Assembly: GCF_006345805.1 (NCBI RefSeq)
Contig: NC_043003.1
Location: 11,532,001-11,596,000 of the forward strand
DNA from: Octopus sinensis
Taxonomy: Eukaryota
Direction: 5' to 3'
DNA: 64,000 nt
In this document: piece after piece, positions 13,612-25,805 of the stretch
Position numbering within the stretch: position 1 is the stretch's first letter
How the letters are laid out: every line of letters starts with the position of its first letter
Notes under the pieces: generated by a model
What the model was told of the DNA's origin: nothing
Databases searched by the model: none
Seen by the model: the letters and a program-made list of their open reading frames with translations, nothing else
Translations under genes and position numbers: made by a program

Positions 13612-13620
13612 GGTGTGTGG
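12539..13620. mobile_element. Cluster of family A SINEs separated by (ATT)n, with nested insertions
   Basis: Plus copies start near 12540, 12871 and 13113. A minus copy at 13251-13482 has a 17-bp duplication TCAGTAAAATAAGTACC (13234-13250 / 13483-13499). An RTE tail of about 56 bp sits inside the first copy. Confidence 0.9.
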
Positions 13621-13994
13621 TTTCCTACTTCCTTATATAAATAGTTTTTGCACAAACCTGAATTGTCAAAGTTGAAAGCATGCCATTCTGAAACATGAAA
13701 ATGGTGCTATTTAAAGATTGGTGTCTCACCCTCACAATTCTTCACCAGAGAGATGAAGAAGTTGGGAGGAAAAACGGTTGGCGTCTGATTATTCCATCAC
13801 ATTAATGTAATGTATGTGTTTGTGTCTTCATTCATTCCTTCATTCATTCTTGTTGCAGAAATTGCATCTTGAAGTAAAAAAAAATTTTTTTAATTAAAAA
13901 AAAAAAAAAAAGGACATGCCAAATACGTTTGGTGAAGGAGAGTGTGAAAGAGGGGGAAGAAAGAGAGTGAAGAAGTAGAGGCATTAGGTTTAAA

Positions 13995-14545
13995 GTTGAC
14001 CAATTTATGTGTGTGTATATGTATGTATTTATGTATATGTATGTTATGTTATATATATGTGTGTATATACCTATATGTGTATGTTTGTTATATATGTGTG
14101 TATATATACATGAATGCATGTGTATGTGTGTGTGTGTACGAATGTATGTATATATGTGTGTATACAAATGTATGTATATATGTGTTTGTGTGTATATATA
14201 CAAATGTATGTGTATATATACAAATGTATGTATATATACAAATATATATGTATATATACAAATATGTATATATATGTATGTGTGTGTGTGTGTATACAAA
14301 TGTATATGTGTGTGTGTATACAAATGTATGTGTATATGTGTGTGTGTATACAAATGTATGTGTATATGTGTATGTGTTTATATAAATCTATATATATATA
14401 TATCTGTGTGTATATATATAAATGTAAATATGTGTGTGTGTGTGTGTGTGTATATATACACATATACACACATGTGTATAATTAATTGTATATGTGTGTG
14501 TATGTCTATGTATATGTGTATATATGCTTGTGTGTATATGTATGT
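13995..14545. repeat. Compound microsatellite with recurring ATACAAATGTAT unit
   Basis: Direct inspection. Confidence 0.95.
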
Positions 14546-15127
14546 ATAATGGTTGCATTGTCAATGAATTCCTTCCAGTATTCCTTATCTTGTTAGCTTG
14601 AATGAAGTGGTCAGTGAACACCCCACATTTAAATTACAAAGTTTCCTGTTCTGCTGCTTATTTATGAGTTAACCATATAACTTACACAGGACCCGTGTCT
14701 CCTTAAATGCACCTTTCTAAAAAAGCAAGTCGCACTTCATCATTCTCCTTATAATTACTGGGGTATTTTTATCATTTCATTGTGCATCTGGATTATATGT
14801 CAATATTTGATATTGTTTTCCTTCTGTTTCAAAAAAAAAAACAGAATTATTTATCAACTTTCTGACAAAATCAATCAATGTTATGTCTTATATTTTTCTC
14901 CTCCACTGATAATAGTTATGGGCCAAAGCCCCTATGTGGCCTGTTGACCTGTTGCAAATAACAGTTCATTTCTCCATTAGTTGTCTCCATCCTTGATCGA
15001 TGGTATTGCAGAGACAGTAACCTCTTCATTTATTCCACCTGACTTCTTCACTTATTTTCTTCCTAAACTGTACCTTTCGTTGTTTGATAAGTCCTCTACA
15101 ACATGTTTGACAATACATGTTGTAGAG

Positions 15128-15697
15128 CAGTGGTTCCCAAAGTGGACGGTACCACCCCTCTGCCCTGGGTGGTGGGATGGCTGGATGCATACAGTTGGTG
15201 AAAAATGGGGCAATAAAGAGGTGGCCAAAATAGGACAATGGATGTAAAAAAAAAAACAACAACAACAACAAAAAACTAACAAAATAAAGGTTTAATTAGG
15301 TTAAATTAAATTTGTGAAATACTGTTTTGAATTTGCTGCAGAAAATGGTGTATGTCTGTGATAAGGTGGTGAGCTGGCAGAAATGTTAGCATGCTGGGCG
15401 AAATGATTAGCGGTATTTCGTCTGCCGCTACGTTCTGAGTTCAAATTCCACCAAGGTCGACTTTGCCTTTCATCCTTTCGGGGTCAATAAATTAAGTACT
15501 AGTGACGCACTGGGGTCGATATAATCGACTTAATCCGTTCGTCTGTCTTTGTTTGTCCTCTGTGTTTAGCCCCTTGTGGGCAATAAAGAAATAAGAAAAT
15601 GGTCTATGTCTGTGATGATGGTGGTGGTGGTGGGAGTTCTAGAAATGTGGCCTTAGAACCAAGGAGGCGGCAGCCTAAAAAAGTTTGGGAACCACTG
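15128..15697. mobile_element. hAT/Charlie-type MITE carrying a SINE insertion
   Basis: Perfect 14-bp terminal inverted repeats CAGTGGTTCCCAAA (15128-15141) and TTTGGGAACCACTG (15684-15697). The 8-bp target duplication is not preserved. Confidence 0.8.
15364..15594 (+). mobile_element. SINE family A copy inside the hAT MITE
   Basis: 23-bp duplication AGAAAATGGT(G/C)TATGTCTGTGAT at 15340-15362 and 15594-15616. Confidence 0.92.
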
Positions 15698-16887
15698 TTG
15701 CTTGTCTCGTCAGCATACTAAATGCAGGTGTCTTTCATACGCTTTGGCTCTTCTGTGCACAAAAGGTCTCCATCTGCTGGATTTATGTTTTACCAACCGG
15801 TGAGGGATAAAAATCAGTGTTAAATCTGGCAGGATTTGATCTTGGTGTGTACAGATATACTTTCTTTTACTTTCTTTTTAGTTGTTTGTCATTTGACTGC
15901 AGCCCAGGAATTTTTCTTTGTAAGCCTAGTACTTATTCTATTGGTCTCTTTTGCCAAACTGCTATGTTACGGGAATGTAAACACACCAACATTGATTGTC
16001 AAGTGATGGTGGGGAGGCATACATACATATACACTACGAGCTTTTTTCAGTTTCCATCTACCAAATCCACTCACAAGGCTTTGGTTGGCCTGAGGCTACA
16101 GTAGAAGACACTTGCTCAAGATGCCACACAGTAGGACTGAACTCAAACTATGTGGTTGGTAAGCCAGCTACTTACCACATAGCCACTCCTGCACCAATAT
16201 ATATATATATATATCAAGATTTACTGTGACTACTTTTGCATTTTACTCCCTGACATTCCTCAAAACTACAGGAAAATTGAATATTAGTGACACAGAGTGA
16301 ATGATGGAAGAGTTGGCTGCGGTGAATAATGAAGAATGAAATTGTATTAAATATATGATTTATGGTATGAGACATGGAACGTGTTTAAATGCATAGAGAA
16401 AAATTAGGTGAAGTTGGGGACGTTGGTGGTGGTAGGGTTTGAGATTTAATGTAGATGGATTAGTAAAAGATATTACTCGAAAGGGTTATAAATTATAATG
16501 CTGGATAGTATTTATATTTGAAAATAAAATACCAGGCTGTAATAAATACTGTTGAATATAGGTAGTTTATTGCTAGGATGTGATATCAGTCTGTTTTAGA
16601 AGCAATAATATACGAATGTGTATTTTGTGATATGATTAATTGTACAGTTGGTATTAGTCGATATAAAAGGTTATGATTGGTAAAATTTATTAAATAACCT
16701 ATTGCCGAGCAAACTAAAGATAGGTTTTCATATTTCATATTTGTGTTTTGATTAATTGATTGGACGGTTAGTAATTAGTTGATATGAAATTTGTTACTAA
16801 TATGGTTTAAATAAAAACCTGTTGCTAATGAATTTGCATTTTGATTAATTAATTGTACAGTTTGTATTAGTCATTGTATAATTTGAA

Positions 16888-17275
16888 GATATAAGGTGTG
16901 GCTGTGTGGTTGGAAGTCTGCTTCCCAACCACATGGTTCCGGGTTCAGTTCCACTGTGTAGCACCCTGCTTAAGTATCTTCTATTATAGCCTCAGGCTGA
17001 CCAAAGTCTTGTGAGTGGATTTGGTAGATGGAAACTGAAAGAAGTCCGTCGTATATATGTATGTGTGTGTGTCTGTGTTTGTTCCCCCAACATCGCTTGA
17101 CAACCGATGCTGGTGTATTTACGTCCCCGTAACTTAGCGGTTTGGCAAAAAAGACCAATAGAATAAGTACTAGGCTTACAAAGAATAAGTCCTGGGGTTG
17201 ATTTGCTCGACTAAAGGCGGTGTTCCAGCATGGCCGCAGTCAAATGTCTGAAACAAGTAAAAGAGTAAAGAGAGA
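16888..17275 (+). mobile_element. SINE family B, full length
   Basis: tRNA-like head (GGCTGTGTGGT...GGGTTCAGT), CCTTGGGCAAGTGTCTT-type core, central (TA/TG)n, 3' CCAGCATGGCCGCAGTCAAATG.CTGAAACAAGTAAAAG. Confidence 0.9.
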
Positions 17276-17328
17276 GTAATGAATTTGATATACTTGTCTC
17301 TGTTAATTCTCGTTTAACCACATCTTAG

Positions 17329-17417
17329 ACCTACTCCAGTATGGAAACCACATAGCATACACAGCTGAAGAGCAGAAAGTACACCTCACAGTGTTATACC
17401 ACCTCAATAATCTATAA
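17329..17417 (+). CDS. Candidate terminal coding exon of an unidentified gene
   Basis: Unique sequence; acceptor ...CCACATCTTAG; phase 1 frame (D)LLQYGNHIAYTAEEQKVHLTVLYHLNNL*; AT-rich downstream region with AATAAA at 17551. No homolog recognised. Confidence 0.4.
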
Positions 17418-17766
17418 GTGTGCATCCTATACATATTATTACAGTAACAGTGTAGCACATTCTGAGACAACAATGTTATGTAATCAAATGTATAATATAT
17501 GAAATTGATGCAAAATCCTGAAGATGTGAATATATTCGAATATAAATTATAATAAAATATAAGTTTGTTTAGTCTCAAGTAGTTATTGGTTATGGAAATT
17601 GGAAATATGTTAAATTTTATTTTATTTATTTATTTATTTATTCTTTTTTTGTGTTTGTTGTATTAGAAATGGTTGGCATTCATTTTCACATGAAAATAAT
17701 GTATTGAATATTTTCATAGTTTTATTGGTTTACATGTGTGCACACACACATACATACACTCTCTCT

Positions 17767-17806
<40 letters not shown>

Positions 17807-18093
17807 CATACACCTACACCCACAAGAGTTGTCCATTGGATACCATCATTGATTTGTTCTGAGAGTCGCTGTGCTCGTCAGAGATTGTGTTTTTTTTATT
17901 AATAATATTATACACAAATACTTTTTGTTTTTCACAAACAAAATTTAAATATTTATTGAAATGGAGATAGTAAGCAGTATGGTCCTCTTTGTGTGTGTGT
18001 GTGTGTGTGTGTGTGCCTGAATAATATTGGATTTATTTTTCTAACCAAAATAATACAACTTTTCCCATTGGTTCCATAAAGTTACTATATATA

Positions 18094-19015
18094 CCGTAAA
18101 ATCTCAAGTAATTTACGCACTTTTTTCGCAAAAATAAAAATAGACTTTAGCAGGTGCGTAAATTACATGAGTAGATTGTTTGTTGACAAAAGATGTACAA
18201 AATGTAAACATCCGTACCGGCAGTTTCATTTTATATATGCTGGACAGTATAATGCTTACTTATTCTGTATAAATTTACTAAAACCATTTGATGGTTAACT
18301 ACTTTTTGAAGTCTGACATTCATGCTGGTAAAAAGGGTCTGGGCCATATTTTACTTTCCTTGGAGTTTTTACCTATTGCAGTGGAGCACCGTTGACATAC
18401 ACAGTGATATGGATATTCCTGACTGAAAAAAAACTGTAATAACATGGATAATCTTGATTATATGTTTTTATTTTTCTCTGTTTATTACTTGGTGCAGTTT
18501 TAAGTTTGTAGTAAAGATTGTTTGCCAACATAACATGGTAGCCCTGGTTTAGGACTAATGTTGCAGTAGTTTAGCCTCAGGAGACATCATCTCCAGCTGG
18601 CTATACAACACTATCTGTGCCCTTATATTTTCAAACAAGGGAATCTAGCTGAGTAGGGGTGCTAGATTCCCTTGTTCGAAAATATAAGGATACATATCAT
18701 CTCATATAGCCAGCTGGAGACGATGTCTCCTGGAGCTAAATTACAGCAACATTCGTCCTAAACCAGGACTGCCATGTTACGTTGGCAAACAGTCTTTACT
18801 ACAAAGAACTGTTGCTGAATATCTCACATTTTGAGATTTGAAAATAGTAATTTTCTAATCTACAGTTTTAAGTTTGTCCTACTGTTTACATCAATTTCAA
18901 ACATCGGCTTCATCAACATTAAAATGCCTTCTGGCAGCTCTGTTGCTTCGTTCAAATGTATATTCAACATGTTAAATTTCTCCTTCACTGTAAATGATCC
19001 ATAAGTTCTGCCCAT
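18094..19015 (-). mobile_element. Fossil pogo/Tigger-type DNA transposon
   Basis: The minus strand from 19015 gives MGRTYGSFTVKEKF / VEYTFERSNRAARRHFNVDEADV*N*CKQ*DKLKT (Brinker-type HTH of pogo transposases), continuing APSNKQRKIK after the insertion. A PSNGFSKF segment resembles the CENP-B-type FxASNGWF motif, and there is a TA-flanked CCGTAAAATCTCAAGTAATTTACGCAC end at 18094. Confidence 0.65.
18505..18805. mobile_element. Foldback (long inverted repeat) element
   Basis: Two 145-bp arms (18505-18649 and 18661-18805) around an 11-nt loop; about a dozen point mismatches plus one divergent 15-nt internal block. Confidence 0.95.
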
Positions 19016-20239
19016 ACTGATAATAATGGTAATGACAAATTTTAAAGTTTGCTTGATATTTTATAAGTGTGAAAGGGAGTAAAATTTTGATACTCCATAT
19101 CAGAGGTTCCGGCAAGAATAGAATATATTTGTAGAGTTGCGTCTGTATTTAATACTTTCTGCTCATTCGCTATATCGTATTGTGCAGTTTCATACACACT
19201 CGATGACATCTAGAGAGCAGTTCTGTACATACATGTACATGTAAATGGATATACATACAACACACACATTAGTACAAATACATTTGCGCCCCACCGCCTA
19301 TGCACACTATGTTCATGTAGTAGCAAAGGCATACTCACATTTTCATAGCAGTACATGCACACACACACATTGTTATTATTATTATTATTGTTAGTGCCAG
19401 ATGAGCACAAATACATTTTCATACATTGCAACCTTCATGCATCCATATGCAAATTTAGAATGATTATACACATAGCACATACAAACATTTTCATTCAAGC
19501 ACAGATGTACACACATTTTGGGCATATCCTTATCATATTCCCGATCTCTCTCTCCCCTTCTTTCTCTCTCTCTCTCTCTCTCTCTCACACACTCCATCCA
19601 GACACACATAAAAACTTTGCAGAATACTCCAGAAATTAATTTTATTCCAGTTCAGTACTAAAACTTCTGAAATCTTATAACAGAAGAATCTATGCTAATT
19701 GATGTATCTTCCAATGTTTTATGGCTCGATGTTTGAATTGTGTGTGCGTGAGAGAGAGAGAGAATATGTATGCATGAATAAATAATGAAGTAGGGTTGGG
19801 GGCATTGTAGGTGCTGGTGGGACGTTTGTTGTATCTCGTTATTTACACTAACTTATATTAGGTTAATGACAAGGAATTTCTTGATAAATACACAAACTTT
19901 AACGCAAAGTATCATGAACAAAGAATCCCAAGCATCATTGCAAATGTGCATGCACTCATGCATGAATGCACTCATGCATGAATGCACACGTGTGTGTGTG
20001 TTTGTGTGATTGCAAGCATAGCTGCATGGCTGTGCACATAATGGGCTTTGTTCAGTTTCCGTCTACCAAATCTATTCACTAGATTTTGGTCGGCTTATGG
20101 TTATAGTAGAAGGCACATGCTCAAGGTGCCATGCAATGGGACTGAACCCTGAACCATGTGGTTAGGAAGCAAACTTCTTACCACACAGCCATGCCTACAC
20201 ATATTTGTTTATACAATTATAACCTGTATATACACATAA

Positions 20240-20600
20240 ACATTAATATCCATGCCAGTGCCGCCTGACATGCTCCTCTGCCGGTGGCACGTAAAAGACA
20301 CCATTCAAGTGTGGTCTAAGCCAGTACCGCCTGAGCAGCTCCCATGCCAGTGGCATGTAAAAAGCACCATTCGAATTTGGTTGATGCCAGTGCTGCCTGA
20401 CTGGCCCCCATGCCAGCGGAACATAAAAAGCACCCACTACACTCTCGGAGTGGTTGGCATTAGGAAGGGCATCCAGTTGTAGAAACTTTGCCAGATCAGA
20501 TTGGAGTGTGGCACAGCCTCCTGGCTTGCCAGTCCTCAGTCAAACCGTCCAACCCATGCCAGCATGGAAAGTGGACGTTAAACGATGATGGTGATGCATG
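20240..20600 (+). mobile_element. RTE 3' UTR fragment with diverged tandem units
   Basis: Three or four TGCCAG...AAAAGCACC units, then the standard tail ending GGACGTTAAACGATGATG. Confidence 0.85.
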
Positions 20601-20668
20601 CCTTTGTTTTCCTCTATATAATGTTATATCATAATCTTAATTTTAGTTTTTATATATATATATATACT

Positions 20669-21045
20669 GGTGCAGGAGTGGCTATGTGGTAAGTAGCTTG
20701 CTTATCAACCACATGGTTCCAGGTTCAGTCCCAATGCATGGCACCTTGGGCAAGTGTCTTCTACTATAGTCTTGGGTCGACCAAAGCCTTGTGAGTGGAT
20801 TTGGTAGATGGAAACTGAAAGAAGCCCATTGTATATATGTATGTGTATATGTTTGTCCCCCACCATCACTTGACAACCGATATCGGTGTGTTTACGTCCC
20901 CATAACTTAGCAGTTCGGCAAAAGAGACCGATGGAATAAGTACTAGGCTTACAAACAATAAGTCCTGGGGTCGATTTGTTCGACTAAAGGTGGTGCTCCA
21001 GCATGGCCGTAGTCAAATGACTGAAACAAATGAAAAAACAAGAGA
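20669..21045 (+). mobile_element. SINE family B, full length
   Basis: Same structure as 16888-17275. Confidence 0.9.
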
Positions 21046-21408
21046 CTCCTGTTAGCTGTGAGCATTTATTTGGCCATGGGCGCATATCTGTACATTCTTG
21101 TATAGAGATTAATAGACACTTGAGAAGTTGCACACAAAAACGTCTGCACACTGATAAAAAAAAAATTAGAAAACCTACCTCTGAAAAGATTTCGGGGTGC
21201 ATATGAATGTGGAGGTATGTGAATGTATTTGGATTAGAGTGAATGGCCTATATAAAAACACATACCAACAAAGATAACTCGTCGAACCAGAAAAGAACTT
21301 TTTGCAACCTGTTTCATTTATTTGACTTTTAGATTCCATTCACAGCTGTTTACTGGTTCGAATTTTTGCCATGCAGTGGCATATGCATCCCCCTATCTCA
21401 TATATATA

Positions 21409-21459
<51 letters not shown>

Positions 21460-21469
21460 GAAAAATTTC

Positions 21470-21500
<31 letters not shown>

Positions 21501-21503
<3 letters not shown>

Positions 21504-21665
21504 GAAAATTTTCATTTATATGTATAAATATACCATAAACAAGTATTAAAAAATGGAGGAAAAAAGATGTTGAATGAAAAATTAGATTTAATACAAAATT
21601 GGATTCAATTTAATTTTTTTATGCATGTTTATGGTATATTTATACCTATAACGAAATTTTTCAAC
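21501..21665. mobile_element. Small MITE-like inverted repeat next to (TA)n
   Basis: Arms of about 54 bp (21501-21554 and 21613-21665; GTTGAAAA...TATAAATATACCATAAACA). The start of the left arm is duplicated at 21457-21476. Confidence 0.7.
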
Positions 21666-22353
21666 CATTATTTCCATATTATTCCCTGCTCTGGCTGTTT
21701 GTTAATGAGTATGATGAATCTTTATTAGAAATCATTTTCCCTCTCTTTTTGGATTTCTCAAAAAGTTTGAGTTGATCTTTACGGACTTATTTTTTCTCAT
21801 ATATATCTTTTATCTTTTACTTGTTTCACTCATTAGACTGCGGCCATGCTGGGGCACCGCCTTGAATTTTTAGTTGAATGAATCAACCTCAGTACTTATT
21901 TTTTAAAACCTAGTATTTATTCTGTTGATGTCTTTTGCTGAACCGCTAGGTTACAGGCATTGTAAACACACCAACACTGGTGTCGAGTGGTAATGGGGGT
22001 ACAAGCACAGATACAATGACACACACATAGATATATATATACATATATATGATGGGCTTTGGTCGGCCCGAGGCTATAGTAGAAGACACTTGTGCACGGT
22101 GCCACGCAGTGGGACTGAACTCAGAACCATGTGGTTGGGAAGCAAGCTTCTTACCTCTCCTACACCTATATATATATTGGAAAATGTCTGAGATCCTTGG
22201 TACAGTTAGGTATATTTGAAAAAAGAAAAAGAATGAATTCATTGGTGAAGTCATTCCTTTTCTTTTTTCATATATATATACACACATATATATATAGAGA
22301 GAGGTGTCCATATATATGTAATATACACACGCACACTTAAATAGAAATATATA

Positions 22354-23727
22354 TGCACATGCACATTTCCACACACATGCACATTTCCACACACATGCAC
22401 ATTTCCACACACATGCACATTTCCACACACATGCACATTTCCACACACATGCACATTTCCACACACATGCACATTTCCACACACATGCACATTTCCACAC
22501 ACATGCACATTTCCACACACATGCACATTTCCACACACATGCACATTTCCACACACATTTCCACACACATGCACATTTCCACGCACATGCACATTTCCAC
22601 ACACATGCACATTTCCAACACATTTCCACACACATGCACATTTCCACACACAATGCACATTTCCACACACATTTCCACACACATGCACATTTCCACACAC
22701 ATGCACATTTCCACACACATGTACATTTCCACACCATGCACATTTCCACACACATGCACATTCCACACACTGCACATTTCCACACACATGCACATTTCCA
22801 CACACATGCACATTTCCACACACATTTCCACACACATGCACATTTCCACACACATGCACATTTCCACCACATTCCACACACATGCAATTTCCACACACAT
22901 GCACATTTCCACACACATTCCACACACATGCACATTTCCACACACATGCACATTTCCACACACATGCACATTTCCACACACATGCACATTTCCACACACA
23001 TGCACATTTCCACACACATGCACATTTCCACACACATTTCCACACACATGCACATTTCACACACATGCACATTTACAACACATGTACATTTCCACCACAT
23101 GTACATTTCCACACACATGCACATTTCCACACACATGCACATTTCCACACACATGCACATTTCCACACACATTTCCACACACATGCACATTTCCACACAC
23201 ATGCACATTTCCACACACATTTCCACACACATGCACATTTCCACACACATGCACATTTCCACACACATGCACATTTCCACACACATGCACATTTCCACAC
23301 ACATGCACATTTCCACACACATGCACATTTCCACACACATGCACATTTCCACACACATGCACATTTCCACACACATGCACATTTCCACACACATGCACAT
23401 TTCCACACATGCACATTTCCACACATTTCCACACACATGCACTTTCCACACATGCACATTTCCACACACATTTCCACACACATGCACATTTCCACACACA
23501 TTTCCACACACATGCACATTTCCACACACATGCACATTTCCACACACATGCACATTTCCACACACATGCACATTTCCACACACATGCACATTTCCACACA
23601 CATTTCCACACACATGCACATTTCCACACACATGTACATTTCCACACACATGCACATTTCCACACACATGCACATTTCCACACACATGCACATTTCCACA
23701 CACATGCACATTTCCCCACACATGCAC
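22354..23727. repeat. 18-bp minisatellite (GCACATTTCCACACACAT)n, roughly 80 units, with 12-bp variant units
   Basis: Direct tandem periodicity; it accounts for all long ORFs between 21946 and 23807. Confidence 0.97.
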
Positions 23728-24386
23728 AGGCATAGCTTTGTAGTTGAGAATTTTGCTTCAAGCCATGTGCTCTGAAGTTTGTTTCTGTTGTGTAACGCTG
23801 TAGCCAAGTGTCTTCTTTATCCTCAGGCTGATCAGACCTTCTGGTCAGAATTACTCAGCAGAGACTGAATGGAAGCTTCTAGTGTGTGTGTGTCTATGTG
23901 TATGTTTTCTCATTTGTGTCTTGACAGGAATTACACTCTTTAGCATAAACCATGTCACCATGCATGTTGCAGTGTCACTGGCTGTGGAGCAGTTCATCTT
24001 GTGAAAGATGAAGGGAATCAGTACCTAACTTGGAAACAAGGGTTGGTGACAGGAAAGGCATCCAGCTGTAATATTCTCAGCATCCTATACAGGTTTTATC
24101 TAATCCATCCTAGCACGGAGAACAGAGATGTTAAAACATAGATGAAGTTGATATATGTCTATGTGTGTCACAGATACCCTACATGCTCTACCCATACTCC
24201 CAGTCGCTGGTTATTTGTTCACAGTCCTTAGAATTGGCAAAGAGCTCCTGGTTCATGTAAATCAGTGATTCTCACTCAGGGTCCACATGACCCTTTCGGG
24301 TTCATATAAGATTTTGTTGTTAAAATTTTTGTGTAACAAATTGCTTATACTTCTAGAATACGCAAAATATTAAAAATTTTTTTATA

Positions 24387-24950
24387 GGTGCAGGACTAGC
24401 TGTGTGGTAAGTAGCTTGCTTACCAACCACATGGCTCTGGGTTCAGTCCCACTGCATGGTACCTTGGGCAAGTGTCTTCTACTATAGCCTTGGGCCAACC
24501 AAAGCCTTGTGAGTGGATTTCGTAGATGGAAACTGAAAGAAGCCTGTCGTATATATGTATATGGATGTTTGTGTGTCTGTGTTTGTCCCCTCACCATCGC
24601 TTGACAACTGATGTTGGTGTGTTCACGTGTCTTCTACTATAGCCTCGGGCTGACCAAAGCCTTGTGAGTGGATTTGGTAGACGGAAACGGAAAGAAGCCC
24701 GTCGTATATATGTATTTGTATATATATATATATATATGTTTGTGTGTCTGTGTTTGTCCCCCCAACATTGCTTGACAACCGATGCTGTTGTGTTTACATC
24801 CCCGTAACTTAGCAGTTCCGCAAGAGAGACTGATAGAATAAGTACTAGGCTTACGAAGAATAAGTCCTGGGGTCGATTTGCTTGACTAAAGGCGGTGGTG
24901 CTCCAGCATGGCCGCAGTCAAATGACTGAAACAAGTAAAAAAAAAAAAAA
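24387..24950 (+). mobile_element. SINE family B with an internal duplication or fused second copy
   Basis: The segment from GTGTCTTCTACTATAGCC to TGGTGTGTT occurs twice; the second round is closer to the other copies. Confidence 0.85.
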
Positions 24951-25159
24951 AAGTAAGCATAACATTTGACAGAGTAATGTGATTGCCAAAGGGTAAAAAT
25001 CTCACAATAGTCTACCAGATTCACTAGCAAGGTTTTGGCCAGCACAGGGCTAGAGTTGAATAGGCTCCAGTGTTGCACAGTGGTATTGAACTCAAGACCT
25101 CATGGTTAGGCAGCAAGCTTCTTACCACACAGCCAAACCTGCACCTGTATCATATATTC

Positions 25160-25805
25160 TTTTCTACTCTCGGCACAAGGTCTGAAATATTTGGGGTGGC
25201 GGAGGCAGTTGATTAGATCGACTCCAGTACATAACTGGTACTTAATTTATTGACCTCAAAAGGATGAAAGGCAAGGTCGACCATGGCAGAATTTGAACTC
25301 AGAACAAAAAGACAGACGAAATACCACTGAGCATTTCATCCAGCGTGCTAATGTTTCTTATTTCTTTACTACCCACAAGGGGCTACACACAGAGGGGACA
25401 AACAAGGACAGACAAAGGGATTAGTCGATTAGATCGAAACCAGTATGCAACTGGTACTTAATTTATCAACCCCAAAAGGATGAAAGGCAAGGTTGACCTT
25501 GGTGGAATTTGAACTCAGAACATATAGACAGACGAAATACCTATGTCTTTACTACCCACAAGGGGCTAAACACAGAGAGGACAAACAAGGATAGACAAAC
25601 GGATTAAGTCGATTATAGGCACAAGGTCTGAAATTTTTGGGGTGGGGGGCAGTCGATTAGATTGACTCCAGTATGCAACTGGTACTTAAATTTATCGACC
25701 CCGAAAGGATGAAAGGCAAGATCCGACCTTGGCGGAATTTGAACTCGGAACATAAATACCACTGAGCATTTCGCCTGGCGTGCTAATGTTTCTGTCAGCT
25801 CACCA
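25160..25805 (-). mobile_element. Head-to-tail multimer of family A SINEs
   Basis: At least three partial or complete monomers, with junctions near 25350, 25540 and 25617. Confidence 0.85.

Noticed and set aside
16250-16890. Possible Penelope ORF remnant with three related repeats of about 35 bp
   Set aside because: Translation was too decayed to show a convincing GIY-YIG or RT motif.
17850-17885. CTGACGA...GAAAC on the minus strand, hammerhead-like
   Set aside because: Stem II cannot form. Other CTGATGA/CTGAAGA hits in the window also lack the stems.
18375-18425. Apparent minus-strand exon QEYPYHCVCQRCSTAI (post-SET-like)
   Set aside because: It lies within the pogo fossil and has no supporting SET-domain exons.
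18880-18990. Apparent minus-strand exon (KEKFNMLNIHLNEATELPEG...)
   Set aside because: The shifted frame matches a pogo Brinker-type HTH, so it is better explained as a transposase fossil.
22354-23727. CRISPR-like regular repeats (also the 67-bp arrays)
   Set aside because: There are no unique spacers, the context is eukaryotic, and no cas genes are present.
21946-23807. Long ORFs (up to 595 aa) with CGNVHV/ISTHMH repeats, resembling metal-binding repeat proteins
   Set aside because: They are translations of an 18-bp minisatellite that is open in nearly all frames on both strands.
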